Shown: in pieces, positions 1 through 19,077 of the stretch
Layout: every line of letters starts with the position of its first letter
How positions within the stretch are numbered: position 1 is the stretch's first letter
Assembly (NCBI RefSeq): GCF_009914755.1
Contig: NC_060947.1
DNA: 64,000 nucleotides
Strand: one strand, 5' to 3'
Source: the human T2T-CHM13v2.0 reference genome, Homo sapiens
Translations under genes and position numbers: made by a program
Notes under the pieces: generated by a model
Database searches by the model: none
Seen by the model: only the letters and a program-made list of their open reading frames with translations
Told to the model about the DNA's origin: nothing

Positions 1-61
1 CTTTTTGCTGAGAGGGGAAGGGTACAATTCTGCACTTACTTTATTTATTTATTTATTATTA

Positions 62-342
62 CTATTTTTGAGACAGGGTCTTGCTTGCTCTGTCGCCCAG
101 GCTGGAGTGCAGTGGTGCGATCTCAGCTCACTGCAACCCCCCACCTTCCCTGCTCAAGCAATCCTCCCACTTCAGCCTCCTGAGTAGCTGGGAATACAGG
201 CACCACGCCCAGCTAATGTTTGCATTTTTTGGTAGAGATGGGGGCCTTGCCATGTTGTCCAGGCTGGTCTTGAATCACTCCTGACCTCAGGCGATCCACC
301 CGCATCGGCCTTGGATTACAGGAGTGAGCCATCACACCCAGC
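62..342 (-). mobile_element. Alu (old, AluJ-like)
   Basis: T-tail followed by gagacagggtcttgc...gtgagccatcacacccagcc. Confidence 0.85.
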
Positions 343-1516
343 CATTTCTGCACTTTTAACCAGGGCCGTCCCTGAGTCAGGCCTGGTACTAGGGCTGAGG
401 GAATACAAAGAAAACTCTCTTCAGCCTGAAAGATCTTGCAATTTAGTGACAGACAATACAAATTCCTCCAGGTAGGTTGCCTGGGATACAAAGTGGCCAG
501 TGTATAGAGCATATACAGAGAGTGGTGGAGGGCTGAGAGATGGGATTGTCTCCCTTCTTTAAACCGGTAATTAAGGAACCCGGGCCAAGTCTGCCCACAT
601 CTTTGAAGGAGGAGCCATTGTGTGCAGAGGGCTGAGGAGGCCTTGGTGGCTGTCCTCGGGGAACTTAGAACACACCAGGGCAGAAATGTAGTGCACCTGT
701 ACTGCTCCCGGACCTGAAAAGAAATCAGCCAAGACATCCCACCCCCGCCCCCGTTTCCAGAAACTTCATTTTAAGCATGGTGGCTTAAATTTCACTTGAT
801 TTTGTTTTATTTATTTTTAGAACTGCAGGGTTGGGAAGGGTTTCCAAAAGGGCTAAGAGGCCGGTTTGAGGGAGAAGGTGAGATTTGGAAAGTTTTGCGC
901 AGAAGAGATGGTGGTGGCGGTGCCGCGGAGGAATTTGAAGGGGAAAAGGGCTGTCGGAGTTTGTATTTGAGACCACACAGCCTTGCTGCCCGGCCAAGAA
1001 TGGCCTGGGTTTTGGCTCTTCTGGGGGCTTGGACCTGGGGGAGGAAGAGGAGGGCAGTTCTCAGGCAGGCGTCTGCCAAACCCGGGTTGGTTTGGAGGAT
1101 GACGTGGAGCGCTTCAGACATGAATACGCTATGAGGGGAGCTGACAGCTGGGATTGGGGGACGTGTAAAGGGGTGTACGGACGTCTGACTGCGGATTTCA
1201 GGAAACAGGGAGTCTTGAGCCTGGGAACTGCAGAGTGTCACATGGGCCATAGGCAGGGAGAGGTTGGAGTTGGATAAAGGGGAGTAGGAGAAGACTAGGC
1301 CTAGTGTGTGGAAAATGGCGCTCTTCCGGTCTCCAGAGAGTTCCTCTCAGAACACGATAACTCTCCCCACCGTACCCAGACACCCCCACCAAGGCCAGGC
1401 TTATACACACCTCCCTCCCAACCACCCCTTCAGCCTACCTTGCAGTCTGACATTAGACAGGGGATACACGGTGAAACAGACAGAGCCAGGCCTAACCAGT
1501 AAAAATAGGTCCAATG

Positions 1517-1800
1517 GGCCTGGTACGGTAGCTCACACCTGTAATCCCAGCACTTTGGGAGGCCGAGGTGGGTGGATCACCTGAGATCAAAAGTTCGAGA
1601 CCAGCCTGGCCAACATGGCGAAACCCCTTCTCTACTAAAATACAAAAATTAGCTGGGCATGGTGGTTGGTGCCTGTAATCCCAGCTACTCGGGAGGCTGA
1701 GGCAGGAGAATCACTTGCAGTGAATCAGGTTGCAGTGAGCCATTGCACACCAGCCTGGGTGACAAGAGCGAGACTCCGTCTCAAAACAAACAAACAAAAA
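1517..1800 (+). mobile_element. Alu (AluS-like)
   Basis: ggcctggtacggtagctcacacctgtaatcccagc...A tail. Confidence 0.9.
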
Positions 1801-2271
1801 ACAGGCCCAATGGAAGTCTAGAAGCAAAGGCAAGAGGGCAGGGCTAGTGGTTGGAGATTTTGGTGGAGAACAGGGGTTTTGTACAGGGCAGGGACAGAGG
1901 AGAGGGGAAAGGCAGAGAAAGGAAGGAATCTGAGGGAAGGCAGAAGTTTCTAGAAGACCCAGGTGACAGATCTGTCAAGGACTAAAGGACCTAAGGCTAG
2001 ACCACATTTTAGTCCAGAAAGTGGGGACTTTAGGGCACTCATGAGCTTTCAGGTCTAACCATGTGTCCTTGTTCTTTGTTCCTGGTTGCGGCTGTGTCTG
2101 ATCTTTAGTCTACATGTTAGGTGTGGGAAATGACCCTGATGAGCCATAGAAAGTGTCAGGGTGGTGGTAGTGGGGTGAGTGTGGGAAAAGGATCCAGGAC
2201 TCCTCTCTTTCACAAGTTGGTAGTTTATTTGTGTAAAAAAGAATGAAAAAAATTTAAATTAAAAACATTTT

Positions 2272-2612
<341 letters not shown>

Positions 2613-3253
2613 TTAACCAAGACCTGACGCTCAATGAACTCACTGTACTGTTTCTCTAGGGAGCATTTTAGACAGGAGGCTCTTGAAATGGTCTCCTTTC
2701 CCCTACACAGGTGTGAATAATCTGGACCAAGGAAGAGCACATTTCTGTAAACTTTTATTCCATATTTTCATGAGTGAAAAACTCTCCACAGATTGACACG
2801 AACATTTAGAGTCTGGTGGGCCCCAGGCCTAACCCACTTTGGAGATGGTTTTGTTTGGCTTTCTCAGTGTTTGATAAGCGTTATGAATAATTGTGAGGGT
2901 TCACATCAAAGTTGACATTACTGGCTTCTCTTCTGAAAAGTCCAAAGACCTGGCAGCCCAGAGTGCCATTGCAGCAATGGGCTGGGGCAAAGCAGTGCCC
3001 GGTTCCTATAAACAGGGCACGTGCTGTTCAGTTCAGCAGTCTGTCTCCGCCATCCTCGGGGATAACCGTGAGACAGATGCAGGGGATCTGTTCGCTCAAG
3101 TTGCCTATTTACATGGCCCTGTGGTCTCTGCAGGGGTTTCAGTGGGGTACCCTGGTTTCTATGCACTGCCTGGGTTCCCCTCTGTAAATATTTGTGATGT
3201 ATATGGGGAAAAGCAAGTGTAATGTTTTTAAAACACGAATGCAAATTCTCTGA

Positions 3254-3605
<352 letters not shown>

Positions 3606-3691
3606 TGATTATGGGCTGCCCTCAGTTATTGCCCTCTAACAAACAGGGGACAATGTGTGACCATCAAAAGTAGGTCATAAAAGGAAGTACA

Positions 3692-3985
3692 GCTGCGTGT
3701 GGTGACTCATGCCTGTAATCCTAGCTACTCAGGAGGCGAAGGCAGGAGGATCACTTGAGGCCAGGAGTTTGACACCAGCCTGGGCAAGATACTGAGACCC
3801 CCATCTCTTCTGAAAATTAAAAAATTAGCTAGGCATGGTGGCGTGGGCCTGTGTTCCCAGCTACTCGGCTATGGAAGGAGGATCACTTGAGGAAAGGAGT
3901 TTGAGGCTGTGGTAAGTCATGATTGAAGCACTGCACTGCAGCCTAGGCAACAGAGCGAGACCTCATCTCCAAAAATAAAAAATAA
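3692..3985 (+). mobile_element. Alu (AluJ-like)
   Basis: Diverged dimeric consensus. Confidence 0.85.
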
Positions 3986-3989
3986 ATCA

Positions 3990-4315
3990 AGGAAATGCAG
4001 CTTCCAAGTGGCCCCCTGTCTCTTCTATGGATGCTTATCCTTCCTGGAACCCAGCCACCAGGTAGGGAAGAGTCCTAGGCCACACGCAAAGTGAAAGTGT
4101 TCCAGCTGACAGCCCCAGCTGGAGTCCCAGCCCATACCCAGCTTCAGTCACCAGACATGAGTGAACGAATGTACCAGCCCCCAAAGGATTCCAGCTCCAG
4201 ACCTTGAACCACCTCAGCTGACGCCAAGTGGAGCATAGGTGAGCTCTCCCAAGGGAGGCCTGTTCAAACTGCAGATTCACGAGCAAACTAAATGCTCTTG
4301 CTTTGAGACACGAAG
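3990..4315 (+). mobile_element. MLT1-type (ERVL-MaLR) LTR fragment
   Basis: cagctgacagccccagctggagtcccagcc...ccagacatgagtga...aactgcagattc is typical of MLT1. Confidence 0.65.
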
Positions 4316-4729
4316 TTCCTTTTAAAAATCTTTATTGAGATATAATTCACATACCATAAAATTCACTTATTTAAAATGTACAATTAAATGGTTTTAGTAT
4401 ATTCGGAGTTGTGCAGCCATCACCACAATCAACTGGAGAACATTTTCATGACTTCCCAAAAAGGGTCCAGAATCCTCCTTCCCTCCACCCTCTCCCCTGC
4501 CCCTGGGAACCATTAATCTACTTTCTGTTTCCATGGATTTGCCCATTTTGGAGATTTCATATAAATGGAATCACGTGATATGTGGTCCTTTCTCACTGGC
4601 TTCTTTCACTCAGCATGATGCTTTTAAGGTTCACCCATGTCGTAGCACAGATCAGAACTTCATTCCTTTTAGTGCCAAATAATATTCTTTGTATGTTTAC
4701 ACTGCATTTTCTTTTTAAGCTTTTTTTTA

Positions 4730-5053
<324 letters not shown>

Positions 5054-5063
5054 TTATTTTATT

Positions 5064-5368
5064 CTTTTTTTTTTTTTTTTTTTGAGATGGAGTCTTGCTC
5101 TGTCATCCAGAGTACAGTGGCACGATCTCGGCTCACTGCAGCCTCCACCTCCTGGGTTCAAGCCAAGCCATTCTCCTGCCTCAGCTTCCCAAGTAGCTGG
5201 GACTACAGGCGTGTGCCACCACACCCAGCTAATTTTTGTATTTTTTAGTAGAGACGGGGTTTCACTATATGTTAGCCAGGCTGGTCTTGAACTCCTGACC
5301 TCAGGTGATCTGCTCGCCTCAGCCTCCCAAAGTGCTGGGATTACAGGCGTGAGCCACCATGTCTGGCC
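5064..5368 (-). mobile_element. Alu (AluSx-like) with TSD atgttattttattctt
   Basis: TSD copies at 5051-5066 and 5369-5384. Confidence 0.9.
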
Positions 5369-5389
5369 ATGTTATTTTATTCTTAGTTT

Positions 5390-5543
5390 ATTTTTTGAGG
5401 CAGGGTTTCACTCCATCATCCAGGCTAGAGTGCAGTGACGTGATCACAGCTCACTGCAGCCTCGACCTCCTGGGCTCAAGTGATCCTTCAACTTCAGCCT
5501 CCTGAGTAGCTGGGACTAAAAGCTTGAGCCAACATGACTGGCC
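5390..5543 (-). mobile_element. Alu monomer (FRAM/AluJ fragment)
   Basis: Single-arm match. Confidence 0.75.
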
Positions 5544-6084
5544 ACATTTTTCTTATTTATTCATCAGTTGATGAACATTTGATTTGTATCTACTTTTGGC
5601 TCTTATGACTAATGCTGCTTTGAACATTCATGTACAAGTTTTGGTGTAGACATATGTTTTCATATCTCTTGAGTGTATACCTAGGAGTGGAATTGCTGGG
5701 TAATATGGAAAGTCTGTATTTAATATGTTGAATGTACTGCCAAACTGTTTTCCAAAGTGGCTGCTTCATTTTGGATTCCCACCACCAGCAATGTATGAGG
5801 TATCCAATTTCTCCATGTTCTCACCAACACTTGTTATTATGTGTCTTTTTTATTTATTAGAGCTGTCCTAATGGGTGTGAAGTGCTGCTTCATTGTGGTT
5901 TTGATTTACACTTCCCTAATGGCTAATGATGTTGAACATATTTTCTTGTGCTTATTGGCCATTTATCTATCTTCTTTGGAAAAATGTTTATTTAAATCAT
6001 TTACCAAGTTTTTAATTGGTTGACTTAATTTGTCTTATTATTGGGTTGTAAGAGTTATGCACACACACACATACACATATATTT

Positions 6085-6523
<439 letters not shown>

Positions 6524-6640
6524 TAGAGTTATTTATATATTTTGGATACAAGTTCCTTACCGAGCACATGATTTACAAATATTTTTCTCCCATTCTGTGG
6601 GTTGTCTTTGTTTTTCTTTCTTTGTTTTTTAAGAAATGAG

Positions 6641-7025
<385 letters not shown>

Positions 7026-7269
7026 CTAGAACTATAGGTACATACCACTGTGTCTGACTGACTTTCTCGATGATATCATTTAAAGCATAAAAGTTGTTAA
7101 CTTTAAGAAAGTCCAGTTTATTTTTCCTTTGGTTGCTTGTGCTTTTGGTGTTATGATGTCATATCTAAAAAGCCATTGCCTAATGGAAGATTTACTCCCG
7201 TTTTTTTTTTTTCTCAGAACTTTATAGTTTTAGTTCTTACACTTAGGTCATTGATCCATTTTGAGTTAA

Positions 7270-7786
<517 letters not shown>

Positions 7787-8204
7787 CATTTTTAGTTAAT
7801 TTTTGTAGACGGTGTGAGGTAGAGGCCCAACTTTGTTCTCTGTGTGTGGATCCAGTTCTCCCAGCATCGTTTGTGGAAAAGACTGTTCTTTCTCCATTAA
7901 ATAATTTTTGTACCCTTGTCAAAAGTCAGTTGATTTTTGACAGTATTGTCAATAATCAGTGCTGTATAATTAGTTGATTATACAGTATGTGTGAAGGCTT
8001 ATTTCTGAGCTGTCTATTTTATTCTAGTCTATTCTATTCCATTGGCCTATATGTCTGTCCTTATGCCAGTAAAAGCCATGAAGTTTTGAAATAACTCTTA
8101 TGCAGCCATTGTAACTGGAATAGGGAGGCGTCAGGGATTAAGTAAGAGATGGGGAAGGAGAAAGGTGAATGAAAGGAGAGACAGGAACCTACCTATTATT
8201 TGCC

Positions 8205-8530
<326 letters not shown>

Positions 8531-9607
8531 TATTTGCTTAAATTTGAATACTCTAAAAGTGCCAACCTTGCACAAGCATAAGCAACCATCACCCCAGGGG
8601 CTAGACCACGAGGACTGCTCACTTTTGGACAGCTGAAATCAAGTGGTGGAACAGAACAACTAGACCGACTTCCAAATGTTTGGGACTTGTCCTTCTCACT
8701 CCCACACTTTTAGTCTGAAGCCTTTAGTTGGGGACATTGTCAGGACTTGTATGGACCTTGCAAATTTAGCAGAGTTGGGGTTGGGGTGGTGGAAGCAGAA
8801 ATAAGTTTTGGGTCAATCAGCCAGTCTCTCAGTTGTCTCCTAAGTGTGTTCAGGGTGAGGATCCCACTCCCTGGCAATATTAATCTGTAAAAGAAGGCCA
8901 GCCAGTTAAGGAATAATTGCAAACTCTTACAATATTCCTTCTAGGACTGCAGACATAGGATGTTTCTGGAGACCAGAAACGCTGTTTACTTCTGTTATTT
9001 TAAGTACCACTCAGGCTGCAGTGAAAAGAAACTTCCGGTACCAAAGTTCATATCTTGGCATTTTCTGCCTTTCCTTGTCCCCTCTCTTTCTCTCTCACTC
9101 CCTCCCTCTCCCTTCCTTCCTTCCTCTCCCCTCCTCTTTACGCAGCCTGGCCCCTCCTCCTTCTCCTTCTTTTAACCACTTCCTGCCCTCCACTGCCCAC
9201 TCACCCAAATGTATCTACTGTCCTGGATTTGGTAGAGATCACTCCTCTTCTTGGTTTTATATCTTGACTAATTAGTCAGAAACCCATTAACAGTATAATG
9301 GTATTTTTGCCTATTTTAATATTTTATATAAATGTGTCACATTACATGCATTCTTCTGCAATTTGCCTTCTATTTTGGTCAATGTTATGTTTGTGACATT
9401 TATGTGTCTTGACTGGAGTAGCTGGGGTATGGCATCTTATTGTTTGACTACAAGGCAATTTATCCACTTGTCCTGCTCAAAGGCCACCTCCCCAGAGCAG
9501 CCTTCCCTGACCTGACCATTCATCCAAAGTAGACCTTTTACTGTCCTTTTCCTCTTCTTCTTCCTTTTCCTATTCCTCTTCTTCCTTTTAATAGAAACAC
9601 ACACTGA

Positions 9608-9976
<369 letters not shown>

Positions 9977-10039
9977 CTAGCCCCTACTAACTCTGGCCCT
10001 AGCCCTCTTTTATTGGACATGTGGCAGAGAAAAAGTGTG

Positions 10040-10370
10040 TGCCTTTAGGTGGGACAAGAAGCAGATGCCAAGATGGGCTTAGACAGGTAAGAGATACATT
10101 GGGGGAGAAAGCAGGAAAAGGTGAGGAGGGCCTTCACACCGAGATGCAGGTCTGACTCCTGTGGAAGGAGAGGAGAAGGAAGGAGGGGTGTATAGGAAGA
10201 TTCAAAGCCTGCAATGTAGCTCCAAGAAAAGTGGCCAGGCTGATGGTGAGTCCTCAAGCCAAAGATGCACATCCTGCCCGAATGAGCCCACCTCAGGGCC
10301 CCCGTGATGCCCACTGCATGGTGGGGAGGAGCCACAGGAAGTGAGGCCTCTTTGCGAGTGCGGTGGTGGC
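10040..10370. mobile_element. MLT1-like MaLR LTR fragment
   Basis: agaagcagatgccaagatggg...gatgcaggtctgac...gaaggagaggag motif. Confidence 0.5.
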
Positions 10371-10696
10371 AGAGCAAGGACAGCAGGGCATTCTCACAGC
10401 CAGCCCTGCCACTCTAGCCAGCAGCTTCCTTCCTGCTGTCTGGCCACAGGTGCTTAACGAGGTTGAGACCTGGCTGATGAATCCACCCTCAGAAGTCCTT
10501 CCACTTATCTAAACCAAAGGGCTTTGGGAAAGACGATGACTTCAAAGTGAGGAGAAGAGAACCCCCCACACACACACACCAATCCACCCGAAACAGACCC
10601 AGATCCAAACCCTGAACTCTGAACCCAAGTTTTGCAGAGGAGAGGCTGCCAAACCTCTTGGGCCCTGTGTTTTTGACAGAATGTTATTACCTTTTA

Positions 10697-11212
<516 letters not shown>

Positions 11213-11816
11213 CTATGCTGTTATCTGTGTAATAATAAACATATTAATATTTTTCTGTGCTTTTCTTTTCTGAACCTTTTGGAAGTCAATGACAGACATC
11301 CTAATTCATCCTTGAACACCCTAGCATACATATCTCAAGAGTATGGACATTCTCCTACATGACCACAATGCCATTATCGTTCCTAAGAAAATGAACATTT
11401 ATTCAATAATATCCTTTAATTTATATTCTTTATTTCAATTTCCCCATTGGCTCTATAGTGACAGAAACCACATCTGTGGTTGCTTGGGGTCAGGGAGGTG
11501 TTGAAAGTAAACGGCACAGGGGAACTTTCTGGGGTGACAAATGTTAGATGCTTGATTGGGAGTGGTAGTTACATGGATGTAAAATTGCCGAAACTCAGAA
11601 CTGGGTGTCTTTGGTTTGATATAAATTATATCTTAATAAGATTGATTTTTACCAATTTTACCAGTAGTCCCTAAAGTGTCTGATAAGGAATTTTTACCCC
11701 GATCTAGGATTCTATCAAGGTTCATGCATTGCATTTGATCGTCTTGTTCTCCTCAATCTTCCCTAATCTAGAACATTCCCTCTTGCTTGTTTTCATGACA
11801 TGGATTGAAAAAAAAA

Positions 11817-12027
11817 AAGGCGGAGGTGGGCGTATTGCTTGAGGTCAGGAGTTTGAGACCAGCCTGACCGACATGATGAAACCCCTTCTCTACTAAAAAT
11901 ACAAAAATTAGCCAGGTGTGCTTGCTTGAACCCAGGAGGCAGAGGTTGCAATGAGCCGAGATTGTGCCACTGCACTCCAGCCTGAGTAAGAGAGAGAGAC
12001 TTTGTCTCGGGGAAAAAAAAAAAAAAA
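11817..12027 (+). mobile_element. Alu, 5'-truncated with internal deletion
   Basis: Right arm jumps from gccaggtgtg to cttgcttgaacc. Confidence 0.8.
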
Positions 12028-12084
12028 GCCAAGCCAGTTGTCTTGTCTTCCAGAATGTCTGTTTCCTCATTATTGGATTCAAGT

Positions 12085-12310
12085 TATTTTTTTTTTTTCT
12101 CTCTTTTTTTGAGACAGGGTCTCACTCTGTGGCCCAGGCTGGAGTGCAGTAATTTGATCATGGTTCACTGCAGCCTTGATCTCCTGGGCACAAAAGATCC
12201 TCCCAGCTCAGCCTCCCCAGTAGCTGATACTATGGGCATGTGTCACCATGCCCGGCTAATTTTTTCTATTTTTAGTAGAGATGAGATATCGCCATGTTGC
12301 CCAGACTGGC
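12085..12310 (-). mobile_element. AluJ fragment
   Basis: gagacagggtctcactctgtggcccaggctggagtgcag. Confidence 0.8.
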
Positions 12311-13391
12311 ACATTTTTGATAAGAACACTGTAGAGGTAATGCTGGGTCCTTCTTATCAGTGCCATATGGAGCTAGTCTGTCACAGTACTGGCTAGGCTC
12401 ACTCACCTTGTATGTTCTCTGCTATAGACTCTGGGTCAAGCTTTTCTGCAGGCAGCCCCTGGTTCTTGACAGCAGGAAATGGCATTTAGAAACCAAGAAC
12501 TTAGTGCTAGATGTGCTCATTGCTACTAGGGTGTCAACGTTTGTTAGGCCCTTTTAGTAGACAGAGCTTGGGAATCCACATTGTATTTGCTGAACTCTTG
12601 AATTGGCAATTCGTAGCCAACATCACAAGCTTCTTTCTCCCTTCTCCACATTTCATGTTTGTATATCCCTTCTCACAGAGTGGTTCCCATTACCATATTT
12701 ATCATCTCATCTATCTCACAATGCATGTAAAAGGCTTTCAGAATTACAATACAATTACTAATTACAATTACAAATACAATACAGAATTACTACAAGAGAT
12801 CTGCTGAGTAAAGTTCCAAGATATCTTTGCAATTATTTTTGTCCTTGGAATATATTTCACTAAGGATGTTCAAAACTTACTTTGGCAAATTCTTTTTCTG
12901 TGTGGTAATGTTATCAACGCGATATGGTTTCATTTGTTCCTGTTTACACTCAACTTCAATATTTGCCTTTATTCATCTATTTTTATTGAATTTGGTTTCT
13001 TGAATATTTAAACATTTACATGGTTCAAATGAAAACAACTATATCAATAGGAACACACAGAGAATTCTTGTGCCGTCCCTGACCCATCTCGCCTTTGCCA
13101 CTGAGGTTTCTCCCTCTTTCCAGTTTTCCTGGTGAACAAACAAGTCATCACTAGATGGTAGAGATGAGAAAGGATACACATCTAGTTTGGAGAAATATGC
13201 AAACTGTGTGCAAGCAGAGGCAAGCTCCTTTCAGAATCCACTCCCCCCTTTTTAAGTACAGACCTTTTTTAAAAGGAGAATCTAAATATTTATCTAGTGT
13301 TTACTACCTGTTGGGCATTGTGCCAGGTGCTCAACATATATGGTCTCATTTAATCCTCACAACCCTGAAAGATACGTATTGTTTTGGGTTG

Positions 13392-13915
<524 letters not shown>

Positions 13916-14044
13916 AGATGCTCTCTTTCAAAAAATAACTTATTGTAGAAAATTTCAAACACACACAAAAATAGAGAGAAGTGCACAATTCAGAGACCTC
14001 CATGTACCCATTTCCTGCTTCAAAAATTACCTACTGATGGCCCG

Positions 14045-14354
<310 letters not shown>

Positions 14355-14495
14355 CTACTCATGGGGCTTGTTTCATCTACATCTCCATCTTCTCCTCCCA
14401 CTGGGATGATTTTGAGGCAAATCCCAGATATCATATACATAAAGATTTCAGCACACATTGCCAAAAGATTTGGAATAAAAAAAAAAAAAGTTCTG

Positions 14496-14938
<443 letters not shown>

Positions 14939-15067
14939 TCAAATCAGACTCACAGATCCATGCTTTACATTTGCTGGTATTTCTCTTGTCTCTTTTAGTC
15001 TAGAGGTTTCCTCCTCTGTTTTTTTTCCCCTTGCAAGTTATTTGTTAAATAAACTGAGCCATGTGTC

Positions 15068-15373
<306 letters not shown>

Positions 15374-15487
15374 CCCATGTGTCTTATAGAGTCTCACAGT
15401 TTGGCTTTTGCTGAATGCATACCCATAGTGTCCTAACGTGTTTCTCTGCCCCTTGTATTTCTTGTAAACTGGTAAGTAGACTTAGAC

Positions 15488-15715
15488 CTACATTGTCCAG
15501 TGTGGTAGCCAGTAGCCACATGTGGCTACTGAGCACTTGGCAATGTGGCCAGTTCAAGCTGAAAAGTGCTGCAAATGTAAAATACACATTGGAGTTTCTA
15601 AAGTCTTGGTATAAAAAACAAAAGTGTCTCGTTAATGATTTCTGTATTGATTGCATGTCAAAATGGTAATACTTCGGATATACGGAGTTAAACAACATAT
15701 GTTATAAAACTTACT
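15488..15715. mobile_element. MER3/MER33-like hAT DNA transposon remnant
   Basis: tgtccagtgtggtagccagtagccacatgtggctactgagcacttg. Confidence 0.65.
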
Positions 15716-16100
15716 TTTGGCCGGGCACTGTGGCTCATGGCCTATAATCCCAGCACTTTGGAAGGCTTAATTTTTTTGACACAACCCCACTGGCTTCTTG
15801 TATATATCTATACTCCCTTCCAATTCTTCCCTGCCCCAAACTGGAATCAACCATTTCTCAAATAAAGCTCAGTTGTTTTTAATGAGGAAAGGTATTTAGA
15901 AACCATAGGCTGGGAGCTATGGTGCTCATTTCTATCAGTCATTGTTTCCAGGCTTTTTGAGAGGACAGAGCTAGGAAACAAACTTTCCTAAGATAAAATA
16001 TTAATACATCATGAGTTCATAGTGATACTTACAATTCATGTTCAGGGCTGGATAATTTATCTAACCTTGCCAATTCTATATTTTCATCTCCTTTCTCTCA

Positions 16101-16522
<422 letters not shown>

Positions 16523-16589
16523 GTTTTCAGTTTTCTGTCCTTGGGGTAAATCCACAAGAGATGAAACAATGTATTCTGTTGTTGTTTTG

Positions 16590-16957
<368 letters not shown>

Positions 16958-17226
16958 TTATTAATTGCATTTTGCTTTTTGATTTCTAGGCATTACATTT
17001 GGTTTATAATTATGTCAATTCCAAAGTCAAATCTATACTCTGAGAATACTCAAATAGAACTTCCATTTGTTTCCCTCATGCCTGTTCTTTTCTTTTCCCA
17101 AAGCTATTTTTTAAAGCCTTTATTATTTCATTTTTTAAACAAAGAAGATATGCATATATACTTTAAGTCAAACTGTGCACCTTCCTTCACCTTGTTTTTC
17201 AGTTAATGATTAATAATCAGTCAGTT

Positions 17227-17858
17227 GGCTAGGTGTGCTGGCTCATGCCTGTAATCCAGCACTTTGGGAGGCCAACGTGGGTGGATCGCTTCAGCTCAGG
17301 AGAACAGCCTGGCCAACACAGCAAGTCTCCCATCTCTCCAAAAAAACAAAATAATTACCCCAGAATGGTGGTGCTTGTCTGTAGTCCCAGCTATTCAGGA
17401 GGGTGAGGCAGGAGGATTGCTTGAGCCTGGGGAGTTGAGGCGGTGGTGAGCCATGATTGTACCACTGCACTCCAGCTTGGGCAAGAGCGAGACGAGACCC
17501 TGTCTCAAAAAAATAAATAGGCCAGGCATGGTAGCTCACGCCTGTAATCCTGGCACTTTGGGAGGCTGAGGCTGGGTGGATCACCTGAGACCAGGAGTTC
17601 AGGACTAGCCTGGCCAACATGGTAAAACCCTGTCTCTACTAAAAACATAAAAATTAGCTGGGCATGGTGGCGGGTGCCTATAATTCCAGCTACTTGGGAG
17701 GCTGAGGCAGGAGAATTGCCTGAACCCAGGAGGCAGAGGTTGCAGTGGGCAGAGGTTGCAGTGAGCAGAGGTTGTACCACTGCACTCCAAGTCTGGGCAA
17801 CAGAGCAAGACTGTCTCAAAAAATAATAATAATAAATAATAAAATAAAATAATAATAA
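17227..17858 (+). mobile_element. two tandem Alus
   Basis: 17227-17520 and 17521-17858. Confidence 0.88.
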
Positions 17859-18244
17859 TTGGAAGACCACTCTAAAGCAAGTTAGGGAACTATTCCTCAA
17901 TTCTTTTTCCAGTTGCATAGTATTCCACTGTGTGGGTGTACCATTGTTAACTCGACCAGTGCCCAACTGATGGAGATTTGGGTGTTTTGCTATTACATCA
18001 ATTAACGTAAATGGCAGGTAGGGTAGGGCTGGTATGGTGGCTTGGTTCCAGGAGATTCTCAAAGACCCATGCTCCTTCAAACTTGTCCAGCAGTGCTCGA
18101 CTTCGATACTTCATGGTCCAAGGTGGTTGTGACAGCTATAGCTAGAGCAGCCACATTCTAGCCAGGAAGAGGGAGGACAGGGCAAAGGAAAGCATGTCCT
18201 GATCCTAAGGGACACCTTCAGAATTGGAATGAACCACTTCTGCT

Positions 18245-18830
18245 GTCTACCCGTGGTGAGCTCCACTGCACTCATGTTGACCTTCATGGAAACTCTTCTA
18301 TGTTGCTGGTGGGTTCCTGGACACCCAAATGAGGGCCTATAAAGGTCTGCTCTGTACCTCTGGTGAGCTCTTCTAAACCCATGGTGTTTCTATACGGCCA
18401 ATACGATCTCATCTATGCCTGTGGTGTCTTCTACACCCACTCCCTTCCCCCCAGGAGGAGTTCTACTGGAATGGGCACTCTACCTGCAGTGGGATCTCAC
18501 TTACACCTGTGTTAACATCTTTGCCTGTGGAGAGCTCTTCAACGCCCGAGGTGACCTTAGATCATGATTGCTCCAAACCTGTGGTGAGCACTTGAACACC
18601 CATGCTGAGTTCCTCTCAACACACAATAAGCTCCCCTACCTTCTGGTGACGCGTCCCTCTCCCTGTGGAGTGTGATCTGGCCCATACCTGTGGCCCACTC
18701 TATGTTCATGGTGAGCTCTATTACCCATGGGGAGTTCCTGAGCAGGGGTGGGGCATTGCTCTACATCCAAACCTTTCTCAGCCATGGGGATCTCATCTAT
18801 ACCCCCAGTCAGTTCTACGTCCATGTTTCC
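18245..18830. repeat. degenerate ~20-21 bp tandem array (approx. ACACCCATGGTGAGCTCTTCT)
   Basis: Recurrent acc(c/t)(a/g)tggtgagctc variants across about 600 bp. Confidence 0.6.
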
Positions 18831-19071
18831 AACCACCCTGACAGTTCTTGCACTAACTGTTCTGACTACTAGCTCCTCCAACTGCATGAACCACAGCCTT
18901 AAATGTCTCCTGCACCAAGCTGCTTCTTCTGCACACCCTAACCTTGTGGCTCTCACCTGTTTTCCTAGCTTAATTAACAGAATGACCTTCATCCAAGATA
19001 AAAATCTCAGTTGGCCTTGGGCTCCCCCTTTGCCTCCAACCCCAATACAAAGAGCCGGATGCCCTTAAGTT

Positions 19072-19077
19072 TTTATT
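19072..19077 (-). terminator. candidate distal poly(A) signal AATAAA
   Basis: tttatt on + strand at the end of the repeat-free stretch, followed on the minus strand by a GT/T-rich element. Confidence 0.5.

Noticed and set aside
17733-17773. Triplicated gcagaggttgcagtg inside an Alu
   Set aside because: Local slippage in a repeat, with no functional indication.
18245-18830. CRISPR-like repeat-spacer array
   Set aside because: Repeats are degenerate and near-tandem without unique regular spacers; eukaryotic context and no cas genes.
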